A stretch of DNA of 64,000 nt from Corallochytrium limacisporum Hawaii (taxonomy: Eukaryota; Protista; Pluriformea). The translations under genes and the position numbers were made by a program. Each line of letters starts with the position of its first letter. Position 1 is the first letter of the stretch. Below are positions 52,394 to 64,000 of this stretch, piece after piece. Location of the stretch: contig PDIP01000057.1 in assembly GCA_002811645.1 (NCBI GenBank), forward strand, positions 148,297 to 212,296, written 5' to 3'. Under the pieces are notes generated by a model. The model saw nothing but the letters and a program-made list of their open reading frames with translations, had not been told where the DNA came from and searched no databases.

Positions 52394-55330
52394 CTATTTG
52401 CCAGTAGTGTTCTCAGACTTGAGGACACCGTGCTTGAATAAAAACTTGACAAGTCTAGATAACCTCTTGTGCCCGTAGCTAAGCCCTCGCCCCCATGCTG
52501 CGTCTTTACGCCAGGTCCATGGTGGATTCAGAGACGGCAGAGGCAATCCGTGCAGGACCGCCACAATCTGACGGTCTGAGAGTTTGTGTTGCTTAAGGAG
52601 CCGAAGAACGTGGGGCGTGACGTCGAAGTTGTCATCTCCGGGGTAGGAGTCGGTGAGCAGGGATTCGACCATTCCTTCAGCACTGGTGAGCTTCGATTGA
52701 ATCAGTTGTACCTCGCTGATGGACAGAATGTTTCTGATGTCCGGGGGGCAATCTTTACAAAGCTTGATGAGGGAAGCGTTCGTACACGCCATTGGATCAA
52801 TACCAGACACCCCGGATGGACCGGCAAGGATGGAATCCATGATTTCCCCCTCTAAAGCGGCTCTGTCTTTCGTGATGAAGGATTTGTTGTACCAGGTCAA
52901 CAGGAAGGAAGGATCGCCGTCCCGGTCAAAAGAAATCTTCTGCGAGTCACGTAGAACTAAGAGGTCTATCCACACTGACTCCACCCTCTGTTCCACACTT
53001 TGGGCCAAATCTCCCAGCACCCAAGCTGTTTGCTCGGTATTGTCTTTGATATGATTCAGCAAACGCTGTGCTGATGCTGACAGTGTGGCTGAAAATCCTT
53101 CCGTAGATGACAATCGAATGCGGAACCTCTCAGTCCAGGTGCCAGGCCAGCTACGGATACCAGCCTGTGCGAGACTGTTCCATACGTGCTGTAGCTTCCA
53201 GTCATGCACGTCTAGCAGGGTTGTTACGGCATGCTTCTCTATTTGGCACCATTCTTTGTCCACCAGTTGGTCCAGGACCATTTTGACAAATTTGCGTACA
53301 GCGAGAGGTTGGGGCACCACCATGGATGCGACAGACACCCCATATCTTACTAAGTCAACGTTCAGAATAACCTGGACCTGCAGGTCTTTTTCTTGGACGT
53401 TCTGGGCGCAAGCAAGATCCATTGCATCTACACCCTGAGGAATACATCCTGTGAATACAACGCTGGCAATTTGGGTTGCGCTAAACATGAAGGATCGAGG
53501 GCAGCGCGTAGTACAGAGGACATCCACCTTACCTTCTGTGAAGTGTTGGAGATCATTGGTGTCACTCTGATGGCGGTTCGAATGGCCGCGACGGGACATT
53601 CTGGGGCACGCCCGAAGGTCACTGTGCGTGTCAAGCATGGTGGCGATCTGTTCACAAAGCGACTGACCAGGACAAACAACTAGAACAGGTTTCGGAAGCT
53701 TCATGATGGATTCAGTCACCGACTCCCGAAATTGCATGCGATTTCCAGGATGAATGTGTGCCTCGAATTCGCACGAATATAGTGAATTGCTTGGCTGAAA
53801 AGATGTCATTTCAATGAGAAGCTTGGGATGAATGTCCTGGGATCGAATGAACTCATGCGCAAAGTCCAACTCATAGGCTTTTGTCGCGTGCATATCATCT
53901 GTTGATCTCTTGAAGCTCAAGCAGGCGATGTAACCCACAGAAAAGTCGCTACTACTGCGCAACCGTCTAAGAATGGACAGTCCAAAGTTGTTCACAAAAC
54001 TGAACGCAGGCAGAATTACAAGAGCAACTTCAGCTGGATTGTATGCCTTGCCGAACAGGGACACGCATTTAAGACTACGCAGGGACGAAGCAAATATGGC
54101 AGCTTCCCCTTCGTCCCGGGTAATGACAAATGAGACTGCTTTCTGAACATCATGCATCGCCCTTGCCAATGCTGCAGCAGTTACCGGAGTCTTCGAAGAT
54201 GTGGGGGCGCACATCTCCAGTTCCCCACCACTCAGGCTCTTGGTGACTTCTTGCAGGAGGATGCTATCCAGCATGACTGACATACTTATACCCGAGAACG
54301 CATCAACATCCGTGATTAATGTCTTCACTTCATCCACAAGCCCGTTCCAGCACTTCTTACTGTACCAGCTGCTCGGCTGCGTATTGCCCTTGACGGGGAC
54401 CAGGGGCTCCTCCAGAGGGGTAGCTTCGCTGGGACCCTTCGTGGAAGCGGGTTTGTTCTGCATGTCCTCTTCGTTGACCACAGCAGTAAGGTGGTCATCA
54501 GCGTTTGCTGGCCGACTTTGCCATGCAGCCTTATCGTTCTTCCTACGTCTTTTTCCGTTTGCACCTAGACGGCCGCGCCGTTTGCGCTTGCCGAGGTTCA
54601 AGCGCACAAAATTGCCACTTATTTGTCCTGAGGTGGTGCCTCTTCTGCCTTTTAATGTCTTCAAATCGCCGACAAATTTGGGTTTGTATGAGCGACTAGA
54701 GAATGGCGCTCTTCCCCGGGCTTTCCCCCTCTCTTTTGAGGCACCGATTTCATGCTGGTCTTCGGGATCGTCTGACAGGACCTCATCATCCGCGACCATG
54801 ATCTCGTTCTCCTTCTCGGGGAGGGCCGGAGTTCGCACTCTGTCAGCACATTGGCCTACAAATAGGGCAGAGACTCTGTCGGACTTCACTATACGCCCTT
54901 GGGAGCCACTGGCACCCTTTGTAAGGAACGACTTTCTGACTGTCAAAGTCTGCGACGCTGGACACAATCTTGAGGTCTGCAACGGGCCAGCCGCGCTTCC
55001 AAGATTGCTTTCAACCGCCGAATTATGGTCCTCTTCTGTGCAATAGGATTCTTTAAACCGTTTTTCTGCATTGCATCTGGCTGACAGTGACGATATAGCC
55101 GAAGTACGTGTACGTGTTTTAGGACTGGAGGGTACCTTCGACCGCGATCCTGCCTTCAGAGTCTCGTACTCCTTGTACAATACCCTGATCGGGTTTCCGT
55201 CAATATCACTTCTCGTTGGCTTTCGCTTCTTTTTTGCCAAGAATTCCTTTTCCCATGTCTTGAGGCGAATTTTCAAGCTCTGCAGATAGCAATGGGTATC
55301 GCCATTCACTACTTTCACCTCTGCCGCCAT
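52394..55330 (-). CDS. RECQL4/Sld2-like protein with degenerate helicase region
   Basis: Sld2/Drc1-like head LKIRLKTWEKEF..RKPTRSDI..LYKEYETLK; SGNFVRLNL; RecQ4-type tail RQIVAVLHGLPLP..W..WGR; no Walker A or DExH. ATG 55330. Confidence 0.8.
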   Translation of the reverse strand: MAAEVKVVNGDTHCYLQSLKIRLKTWEKEFLAKKKRKPTRSDIDGNPIRVLYKEYETLKAGSRSKVPSSPKTRTRTSAISSLSARCNAEKRFKESYCTEEDHNSAVESNLGSAAGPLQTSRLCPASQTLTVRKSFLTKGASGSQGRIVKSDRVSALFVGQCADRVRTPALPEKENEIMVADDEVLSDDPEDQHEIGASKERGKARGRAPFSSRSYKPKFVGDLKTLKGRRGTTSGQISGNFVRLNLGKRKRRGRLGANGKRRRKNDKAAWQSRPANADDHLTAVVNEEDMQNKPASTKGPSEATPLEEPLVPVKGNTQPSSWYSKKCWNGLVDEVKTLITDVDAFSGISMSVMLDSILLQEVTKSLSGGELEMCAPTSSKTPVTAAALARAMHDVQKAVSFVITRDEGEAAIFASSLRSLKCVSLFGKAYNPAEVALVILPAFSFVNNFGLSILRRLRSSSDFSVGYIACLSFKRSTDDMHATKAYELDFAHEFIRSQDIHPKLLIEMTSFQPSNSLYSCEFEAHIHPGNRMQFRESVTESIMKLPKPVLVVCPGQSLCEQIATMLDTHSDLRACPRMSRRGHSNRHQSDTNDLQHFTEGKVDVLCTTRCPRSFMFSATQIASVVFTGCIPQGVDAMDLACAQNVQEKDLQVQVILNVDLVRYGVSVASMVVPQPLAVRKFVKMVLDQLVDKEWCQIEKHAVTTLLDVHDWKLQHVWNSLAQAGIRSWPGTWTERFRIRLSSTEGFSATLSASAQRLLNHIKDNTEQTAWVLGDLAQSVEQRVESVWIDLLVLRDSQKISFDRDGDPSFLLTWYNKSFITKDRAALEGEIMDSILAGPSGVSGIDPMACTNASLIKLCKDCPPDIRNILSISEVQLIQSKLTSAEGMVESLLTDSYPGDDNFDVTPHVLRLLKQHKLSDRQIVAVLHGLPLPSLNPPWTWRKDAAWGRGLSYGHKRLSRLVKFLFKHGVLKSENTTGK

Positions 55331-55955
55331 CTTCACAAATAGTCCGTGTATTCTTTCATGCTTCCTTCAAAGATCTCCCCCATTCGTTCTTAACAAGTAG
55401 CTATGTGCTCGTTTCCCCCGTCACAAGGATGTTCTAACCAACCACTGTATTGCATTGAAGTACCTACAAGAACCTCAGTAGCTGGAGTGAAACACATATA
55501 CACAATTGACACCACACACTTTGACCATCTCATTGCACGGCCGCGTCACATCCCCTCCCTCCCCTCGGTGCAGTCCAAACCTTTCGCGCCGCCCTAGAAC
55601 CCGTCCCACCCGGGGGGGAGGGGGGGCCGGAATTAGGGTCGGTCTCTGCTCAGATATTGCCCTGCTATTTCCCGGAGGAGGGGAGGGAATCGGCGTGGAG
55701 GCCCCACTCACTGACAGTCACGCGGGTTTCTCTGATGGAAACGGACACCCGAAGCGCATGCGCTAAGCGTTCATTGTTCGCCAGAAAGAGCAAGGAGTGA
55801 ACACTTTGTGTGCAGTGGAGATAGGTACATAAGACTAGCACTGATTGGCACAGGGTCTAAAACTAAAACTCACAATAAAGACCACGCACTAGTTCTAGTA
55901 GAAATCCTTAAGCTTGTTCACTGTGCGAGCCTCGAGCACTATACAATCTGCAAAC

Positions 55956-56585
55956 ATGAGCGGGAAAGCAAGCAGTGCCAAGGGGAAAAATCAGAAGAAA
56001 TCTGGCCCCAGATACAAGAACAAAAGGGCCTGGGTTGTTGAACCCAACTCAACAAAGGCACAGATCGCACAAGAAACACAACACACCGGGCTATGCAAAC
56101 CCTGTTATGATAGAATTCAATGGCGGAAGCAATACGGCAAGTACAAGCCTTTGTCAGCTCCTGCAAAGTGCAGCAAGTGTCTGGGACGCAGAATCACATT
56201 AGCATATCACGATGTCTGCACAGAATGTGCTCAAAAGTTTGGTATTTGCGAAGGCTGCCAGAAACCACGCGAGATTTTTGACACAGGCGAGGATACGGTC
56301 GCTGAAAACGAGTTACAGCAGAACATAGACACGATTGTAAGCACGTTCAGCGAGCGGGAGCGTCGCACTTTCATGCGCAAGCAGGAGAAGATCTTAGAAG
56401 ACGGGGGCACGATACAGGATGTCTATAAATTCCTGGGCAAGGCCGTAAAGCAAGGCATGGCATCTGCGTCAGTGGATGAGGTCATCGAGCGCAGTGGAGA
56501 ACTAGACCTTAGTGATGGTGAGGAAGCCAAGGATAAAGAATCAATTGAGTCAGACGACGAACAAAATGTAAGACAAGTGGATTAA
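55956..56585 (+). CDS. C9orf85-like zinc-finger protein (DUF2039)
   Basis: NQKKSGPRYKN, GLCKPCYDRIQWRKQYGKYKPLSAPAKCSKCLGRRITLAYHDVCTECA..ICEGC, ERERRT. Confidence 0.85.
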   Translation: MSGKASSAKGKNQKKSGPRYKNKRAWVVEPNSTKAQIAQETQHTGLCKPCYDRIQWRKQYGKYKPLSAPAKCSKCLGRRITLAYHDVCTECAQKFGICEGCQKPREIFDTGEDTVAENELQQNIDTIVSTFSERERRTFMRKQEKILEDGGTIQDVYKFLGKAVKQGMASASVDEVIERSGELDLSDGEEAKDKESIESDDEQNVRQVD

Positions 56586-56652
56586 TAACCCGTACGTTTA
56601 TAAAAAATAATTGCTAAAGAACATGGCCCTCACTACTTTTTCATGGTATACC

Positions 56653-57723
56653 CTACATACGAGTACCAATTTCTACCTGGGCGTTGGTCGGCAGATAGCC
56701 CAAAAGCAAAAAGGCGAGATGCTGGGGTAGGTAAGCAAACAGATGTGGACGTTTCAAAAGCATGGCTTCCTCCAGTTGGTTTGCAATGTATTCTGGAGGG
56801 CTAGCCAAGCTCTTCATCGTCTTCTGTGTCTTCAGTGCTTTGGTTTTCGCTTGGGAATACAGCTCCTTGAGCTCTCCATCTAGGGTGGGATAGTTGCCTA
56901 CCATCTTGTCCTGGATGTTTGTCTTGACAGGCCCTGGGCGAATTGAGATCACGTCAATAGGCTGCTTAGTCTCAATGAAGGACATCTTGTAACTGACCAT
57001 GAGCATATCCACTGCAGCCTTACTCGCAGAGTACACCCCAGAGTCTCCTGTAGTTAGGAGTGCGGAGACGCTGCTGACCACGATAAGACGAGCCCGACGG
57101 TCCAGCTTCTTTGCACCCTCGCGCAACATTGGCAGGACCAAATTAGTGAGTCTGAACACACCGGTCACATTCGTGTCCATGATCTTCGTGTACTCGTCGT
57201 CAGATATGATTTCATTGGGCCTGACCGGACCAATGCCAGCATTGTTGACCAGACCGATAAGGTTCTTGCCTGTGTTCTCCAAGTCCTTCTTGAGCTCTGC
57301 AACACCTTTCTGGATGCTTTCAAGATTGCTGACGTCCATAATCAGAGGCTTTAGTTGCAGGCGAAGTTGAGTGGCCTTCTCTGTGATAATGGCTTTGTCG
57401 GCCTCCTTGCGCACAGTGGCGTAGACCACAAAGCCCTTAGCAGCTAGAGCAACTGCGCCCGTCAGACCAATACCGCCGGAGCATCCAGTTACCAGCACAG
57501 CACCTTTGGCCGGATATGTGTTCTCCTTCTGGGTAAATGCATAAGCTTCGTACCCGTGGAACGCGAAGCAGCCAAGGATGCCGATCCAGGTAAACCAGTA
57601 CATCGTAGACCAGTCCACGAGGAAAGTGAGCAGATGCAAAAGAATAAAGGAGACTGTCATCACATAGAGACCTCCGGGTGCACGAAGGTGCTTCAAGATT
57701 TCCATTGGATCAAAGGAGGACAT
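56653..57723 (-). CDS. Membrane-anchored short-chain dehydrogenase/reductase (RDH/17beta-HSD-like)
   Basis: Two N-terminal hydrophobic helices; VLVTGCSGGIG, LVNNAGI, catalytic YSASK, IRPGPVKT. Confidence 0.9.
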   Translation of the reverse strand: MSSFDPMEILKHLRAPGGLYVMTVSFILLHLLTFLVDWSTMYWFTWIGILGCFAFHGYEAYAFTQKENTYPAKGAVLVTGCSGGIGLTGAVALAAKGFVVYATVRKEADKAIITEKATQLRLQLKPLIMDVSNLESIQKGVAELKKDLENTGKNLIGLVNNAGIGPVRPNEIISDDEYTKIMDTNVTGVFRLTNLVLPMLREGAKKLDRRARLIVVSSVSALLTTGDSGVYSASKAAVDMLMVSYKMSFIETKQPIDVISIRPGPVKTNIQDKMVGNYPTLDGELKELYSQAKTKALKTQKTMKSLASPPEYIANQLEEAMLLKRPHLFAYLPQHLAFLLLGYLPTNAQVEIGTRM

Positions 57724-58935
57724 GATTTCATACAAAACAACAAATACAATGTGGTTCTAGGCTCTTCGGTGGGGTGCATCATTTCACCCGACGGTTTCCC
57801 AACTTAAATAGGATCCTCTATGCCAACGTAAACACATGTTTGATGTGCTCGTTTGTCGTCTTAATCTATTTGTGCATTTGACTGAAAAGAGCCTCTGTGG
57901 CCTTCTTGTTTCCTGCTCTAGATGGGCTTTGTGTCATTTGGCGAGGCCAACAAATCCATTAATCACACTACCCGACTCCTCAGACATCAGGACTTGATGA
58001 TTTCCTACTTCTATACTAAACCAGTGTTTTTTTTTTCACAACAGACTCAGCACACGAAGGGGACTCAACGAACCGGGTGCTAGTGGCAAGTCTGGGTTGC
58101 GGTGATGCCTCCGCTCGACTTGTTCCAGGCTGGCTGCGCGCCGAGATGCGTCACACATCGTAGCTCCGTTTTTAATTTGGGGGGGGGGGGGGGGNNNNNN
58201 NNNNNNNNNNNNNNNNNNNNNNNNNNNNNNNNNNNNNNNNNNNNNNNNNCGTAGCTCCGTTTTTAATTTGGGGGGGGGGGTGGTGCGGGGAGCGGTTGGG
58301 ATAGGTCTCTTCGGAAAATCAGGAGATCTTACAGTAGTAACATGTTCCCAATGTGTGTGTCTGGTCTCGTTTTTTTTTTTTCGCTTTCGTTCTTAGTACT
58401 TGGGTGTGGTCCTAATTGGTAAGAAACAATTCTGTATAATGAGTACCTGTTGCAGGTACTAGGCCGGTCGGACATGCGCTACTTTGTAGTTGTCCGCAGT
58501 TGGCGGATGTCATTCTAGCAGACGAACGGTGGTTGGCATTACTAATCGCAATTGTGCTGATGATGGAGGGTGCCTCCCGAATTTCTTCCTTTGATGTCGG
58601 CGGAAAGGGGTTGCAAAGAGTTGCCTGCCGGATGCAGAAGCCCGGGAGACGTTGCCGCCTCGACAGGGCTGCATTGTGTCCATAGCGAAAGTACTTAAAA
58701 GAAAAATATATGGCATATTCAGTACTGATTGGACGACGGAGAGGGTGAAGCGACGAGTAAAGCTTGAATTGTAGCTGGGGAAGGGGTATCGATCCGAACG
58801 GGCACGGACACCACCATGAGGCATGGATAGCGGGTGACTACTGTAGACAAAGAGACAAGCACGCTTAAGATGTTTAGTGTGTTTGATTGCAAAAAGGCCC
58901 GAAGACCAGCAACGCGGGCTGCTTTATTATTGCAT

Positions 58936-60063
<1,128 letters not shown>

Positions 60064-63000
60064 NNNNNNNNNNNNNNNNNNNNNNNNNNNNNNNNNNNNN
60101 NNNNNNNNNNNNNNNNNNNNNNNNNNNNNNNNNNNNNNNNNNNNNNNNNNNNNNNNNNNNNNNNNNNNNNNNNNNNNNNNNNNNNNNNNNNNNNNNNNNN
60201 NNNNNNNNNNNNNNNNNNNNNNNNNNNNNNNNNNNNNNNNNNNNNNNNNNNNNNNNNNNNNNNNNNNNNNNGGTTATTGATTGGTTGTCTTCTCGGTTAA
60301 ACTTTCACACAAAGTGATATCCACACGATCGAAAATAAACGCCACTGTCTTCATCCTCTGTGCAGGTGGAAGATCTGAAACACCTTTCAATTTGCGTCTG
60401 TGTATCCATGACCGCAAGACACGGGTTGCACGCCCAACTTTCAATCCCCTCAGGTTCTCCAAAAACAATCCATAAGGAACCATTCTGTCTCCGCCCAACC
60501 ACACCACTTTCCTTGCAGAACGCAGAAAACAATCCTTGTGCAGTCCCGGCCGTTTTCAATTTTACTTTGCACTTGGGTCCGCGCTGTTTTTTTGCATTGC
60601 GCGTAAACAGCAAACAATGTAGCCTTGCAATAAAGCACAACGCAAAAATATACATGAACCATTAACGTTTTCTATCAAAAGTCCAGCTAGACAGCGAATC
60701 CGGTGTCGTGTTGTGCCTTTTGGATCTCGACCAATTATACCGCAGGATCCGTTCCCCGGCCAGCCATTGGTTGATGAGGCAGCCCACCCACACCCCTATG
60801 GTGCGTGTCTCTCCGCCGCCACGGTGCGCCCCTTGCACAGACCCACGAGACGCTTCACCCATGGATCATTCCTGTGTCGATGGGTTCTCAAAACTTTCTC
60901 GGTCACTTACCTATTAGAAACTTATGTGGACTGTGCGTCGTTATTCGGATCCCATTGTGTTTCTGCAATTCTTATGGCATGCGATGCTTCAACCTCCCCT
61001 GTTCAGGGGTCGACACAGCGTGAGCTACACGCGTCTTCACCAAATGTGTGGGCAATGACTGCTTGCACGCCCCTGTGCTATTTAAAATGAAAGCTTGTTT
61101 TTTTGTCCAAACAGTCAACATACAAAGCAGTCTATGGTACATGCGCCATCGGCGCGTATCAAAATTACGGTATCTACCAACAATCAAAGTGTGCGGTTAT
61201 TCCACTGCGACTGTTTTGGTTTTTACTCAATGGTGTCTCAACTGTCTCTTCCCTTACTTGTGATTTCAGCTGGCGATAGTGTAGAGTCCATGGGAAATTT
61301 TTTGATAAAAATGTCAAATTTTAAGGACCCCAGCAACCCATTTCAGTCCCTTCTCCATTTTCAACGAGGTCTGGGAAGGAGCTTCATTTGAGAGTTTAAA
61401 AGCAACAACATTGCGAAACTCCAAGAAAAACGCCCCTTTATTTCAATTTTAATTGGTATTGGACCGTCCCATGCTGTGTTGTACACTCCGAGAAATAGAA
61501 TGCTTGAGAAAAAAAAACTTCTCCGTGGCAGTGTCCACTAACTAACACACTGGCGCAAGCCACACGTAGCTGGCCCTCGACCAACGAACAAGGAGAGGCT
61601 GAGAAAGAAACGAAAACTCAAGAGTCTTCTTCTATGGTATTTGTATAGCTCTGTGGAAAAGACGCCGTAAAGCGGGCATAAACGTAAACCAAAGCGACAG
61701 TTTCAGCCCGTGTTTCCTCGAAATTGTCCCTCACCTTGACTACTAGCTACTGCTTCCCCTGCCATGCAAGTGAGCACGGGGAGGGGACAGACACTGAACT
61801 GTCACAAGTACACACAAAGTTGCATGCATTCTCTATAGAAACTGAGGACCAGACCACCCTACCAACTTTGCCCCAACTGTGTTATCCCATCCCTGCGTTC
61901 TCATACCTGCTCCGGGCTCTTAAATACGCTTCTCTGATTGGTTGAAAGTATCCAATCGCGTTGCTTCTTGTTCTGTTGGTGTCTTTGACAGTTACTCCAC
62001 TATCTTGTACCGTTGTTTTGGCCCGCTTCCCCTCAATTTCACTGCTGTAACACTGCCAAAAGGCTTTGGACAGCTGTAAAGAAAAGAAGCAGTCGCTTGG
62101 AAGCCCTGGCGTTGGGAAGGGCGCACTTTGGCGTCAGATGCATTCATTATACGCTTCCAGGGAGAGCGAGGCGCAACGACAGGGAGACCGGGGGAGACTT
62201 GAGGCGGGTCAGAGCGCACCACAGAGCACCGAAAGCCATCCCTTCTCAGTGAGCCCGAACGGGCAGTCTTTCAGTATGGAAATTATATGACTTGAATTCC
62301 AGGCAGCTGTAAGTTTCAATTACCATCTTAAGCTGGTCGATTCGTGCGGTGCCATTTCCGGGTCCCAGAAGAGTGTCTCTGAGGAACCCAAGGCCAGCAT
62401 TCACCACTTTGATCCCGGCCACAAGTCCTGCCCTTTTCATTTTGCCATAGAATTTATATAGCCAGATAAGAAAGTTACACCTGGTTCCCCAGGAAAACTG
62501 AACGGCGTTTGATCGCTGGTCGGTCTCCCACTCTCCCTGTTTATACCTCTGTTGTTCCAATCGTTGCCCGAATTTCCGGCCACCTTCCGAATTTGGAAAC
62601 CAACGGACCAATCAGCGTCCCTAAAACTCGCCACAGCCAATCGTGATGCTCAACGGAGGAGAGTGCGCTTCATAGGTATGCTTTACGCACTGTTTGTCTT
62701 GGTGGTGGGTTGATTGTGTGAGACTGATCTGGCAAGCGTACATTGGGCACGTTTGAATAGTCACTATATTGAGCTTCCGCAGGTGTTGTTTACACTCGGG
62801 GCAAGCGTGCTCACTCGGGCATGAAGTCGGGTCCTTCTCACACTCTTCATACTCGAATGCGAGTCGAACCCGTGCTGTTTGTGGCAAAAATTGGCTGATG
62901 CAAGAAACTTTTACCTTTGCTATAAACTTCCATACGTTTTCGCTGGCTAAGGTCTCGTAGCTCTGCATTTGTGTCATGCCACATACGTCCCAGACTGGGG

Positions 63001-64000
63001 GTCTCACTTCAGTGCGCGTCTGTGAAATCACTTTCAATACACGCGACCGCTCCTGCTGGCTTTGCACACGCTGAAAAGCCAAAGGACTTGTCTTGACGAA
63101 TTGTAAGCCAGTACTTTATCTATCTGTCAAATCGGCCATCCTCCGACCATCCTAAGATATGTGGTAGGTTGTCTCAAATTTCAAACACAGAGCATTGATG
63201 AAGTAGTATATCATCGCGGAAGGAAAGCGAGTCTTGTGCGTCTTGAGTGATCTCTGTGTGTCGGTCCCGTTCATTTTCCTCGTTCATGTATTATTTTTCA
63301 GCAAATGGCCGACCTTCCCACCACTCTCTGGCCCACTCATGAGCCCTACGAAACAAGTTTTGTTTTATCGCACAGCGGGATCTATCCGCCTTGCACTGGT
63401 GTTGCAATGGTATAGGACTTGAATTGAATTTTGGGCCAATGAACTGTAATGGATTTTGGCTGATGCGGCAGAAAAATGAAGGGAATCGAAAGTGCGAAAA
63501 GAGAAAACACTGCTGTCCTGCCCCTGGTTGCTACTACGCTGTGTTTGTTGGACGGGCCACGGTGATGGTCGCACAGTGCAAACGCGGCTTGCGAAACGAA
63601 AGAGTTTGTGTGTGGTATGTGCCACCTTTGTTTTTGTTTTCGCATTTTGTCCATTGTTTTGCTACTGACAGAGCACAAAAAGTCTTTGTACTACCATGCT
63701 GGATAAAACTCGCATCGAAGAACAATGGGTTTATGCAGTGTTGCAATTGTTGTTCCGTAGCGATGCTGTGCCATGTTCTTCTTAAAAAGATTTCTCACTC
63801 GTCAGGGACTAGAGGCATGTACTGAGGCAACCGAATGGTGTCTCCAAATGGTCGCGGGTGTTGTGCGGCAGTGCGCTCAGGTATTTATAGGTTGTCATGT
63901 TGATGATGTAGGGAAACCCTAAACTTCTGATCCTACAACCTGTGTGACCTTAGCATTTATTGCTTGTAGAGTTTACCTGTGACCTTTTAACAAATTCATT

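Noticed and set aside
58159-58280. Direct repeat cgtagctccgtttttaatttggggg on both sides of a gap
   Set aside because: Same artefact, at a poly-G run.

Overview
Gene-dense, almost intron-free eukaryotic nuclear scaffold with four N-gaps and about 23 protein-coding genes. Recognisable genes: NEDD4, UTP25, RAB11, SPC24-like, COX5A (one 102-nt intron), WDR20/CreC, ADSL, a GTP cyclohydrolase II-RibD/RIB7 reductase fusion, GTPBP10, ZZZ3, ATG12, a truncated TADA2, a PDE10-like GAF-GAF phosphodiesterase, YARS2, PTER, ACOT13, an IQSEC-like ArfGEF, a HAD phosphatase, CCSAP-like, RECQL4-like, C9orf85-like, an SDR and actin. There are also three orphan ORFs and a decayed WD40 gene. Animal-type genes together with riboflavin biosynthesis and extreme intron loss suggest a unicellular holozoan (Corallochytrium-like; inference only). 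Best leads: (1) two ATAC-complex subunits sit side by side, and the Ada2 lacks its ZZ/SANT half; (2) a RECQL4 keeps its Sld2-like head but has an eroded helicase; (3) the RIB1-RIB7-type fusion has a long linker that may be regulatory; (4) a ~2 kb ORF-free locus has a promoter-like region, splice signals and a nested ~260-nt rod-like RNA fold; (5) yeast-like TACTAAC branch points. All gene calls come from motif recognition by eye, with no database searches.
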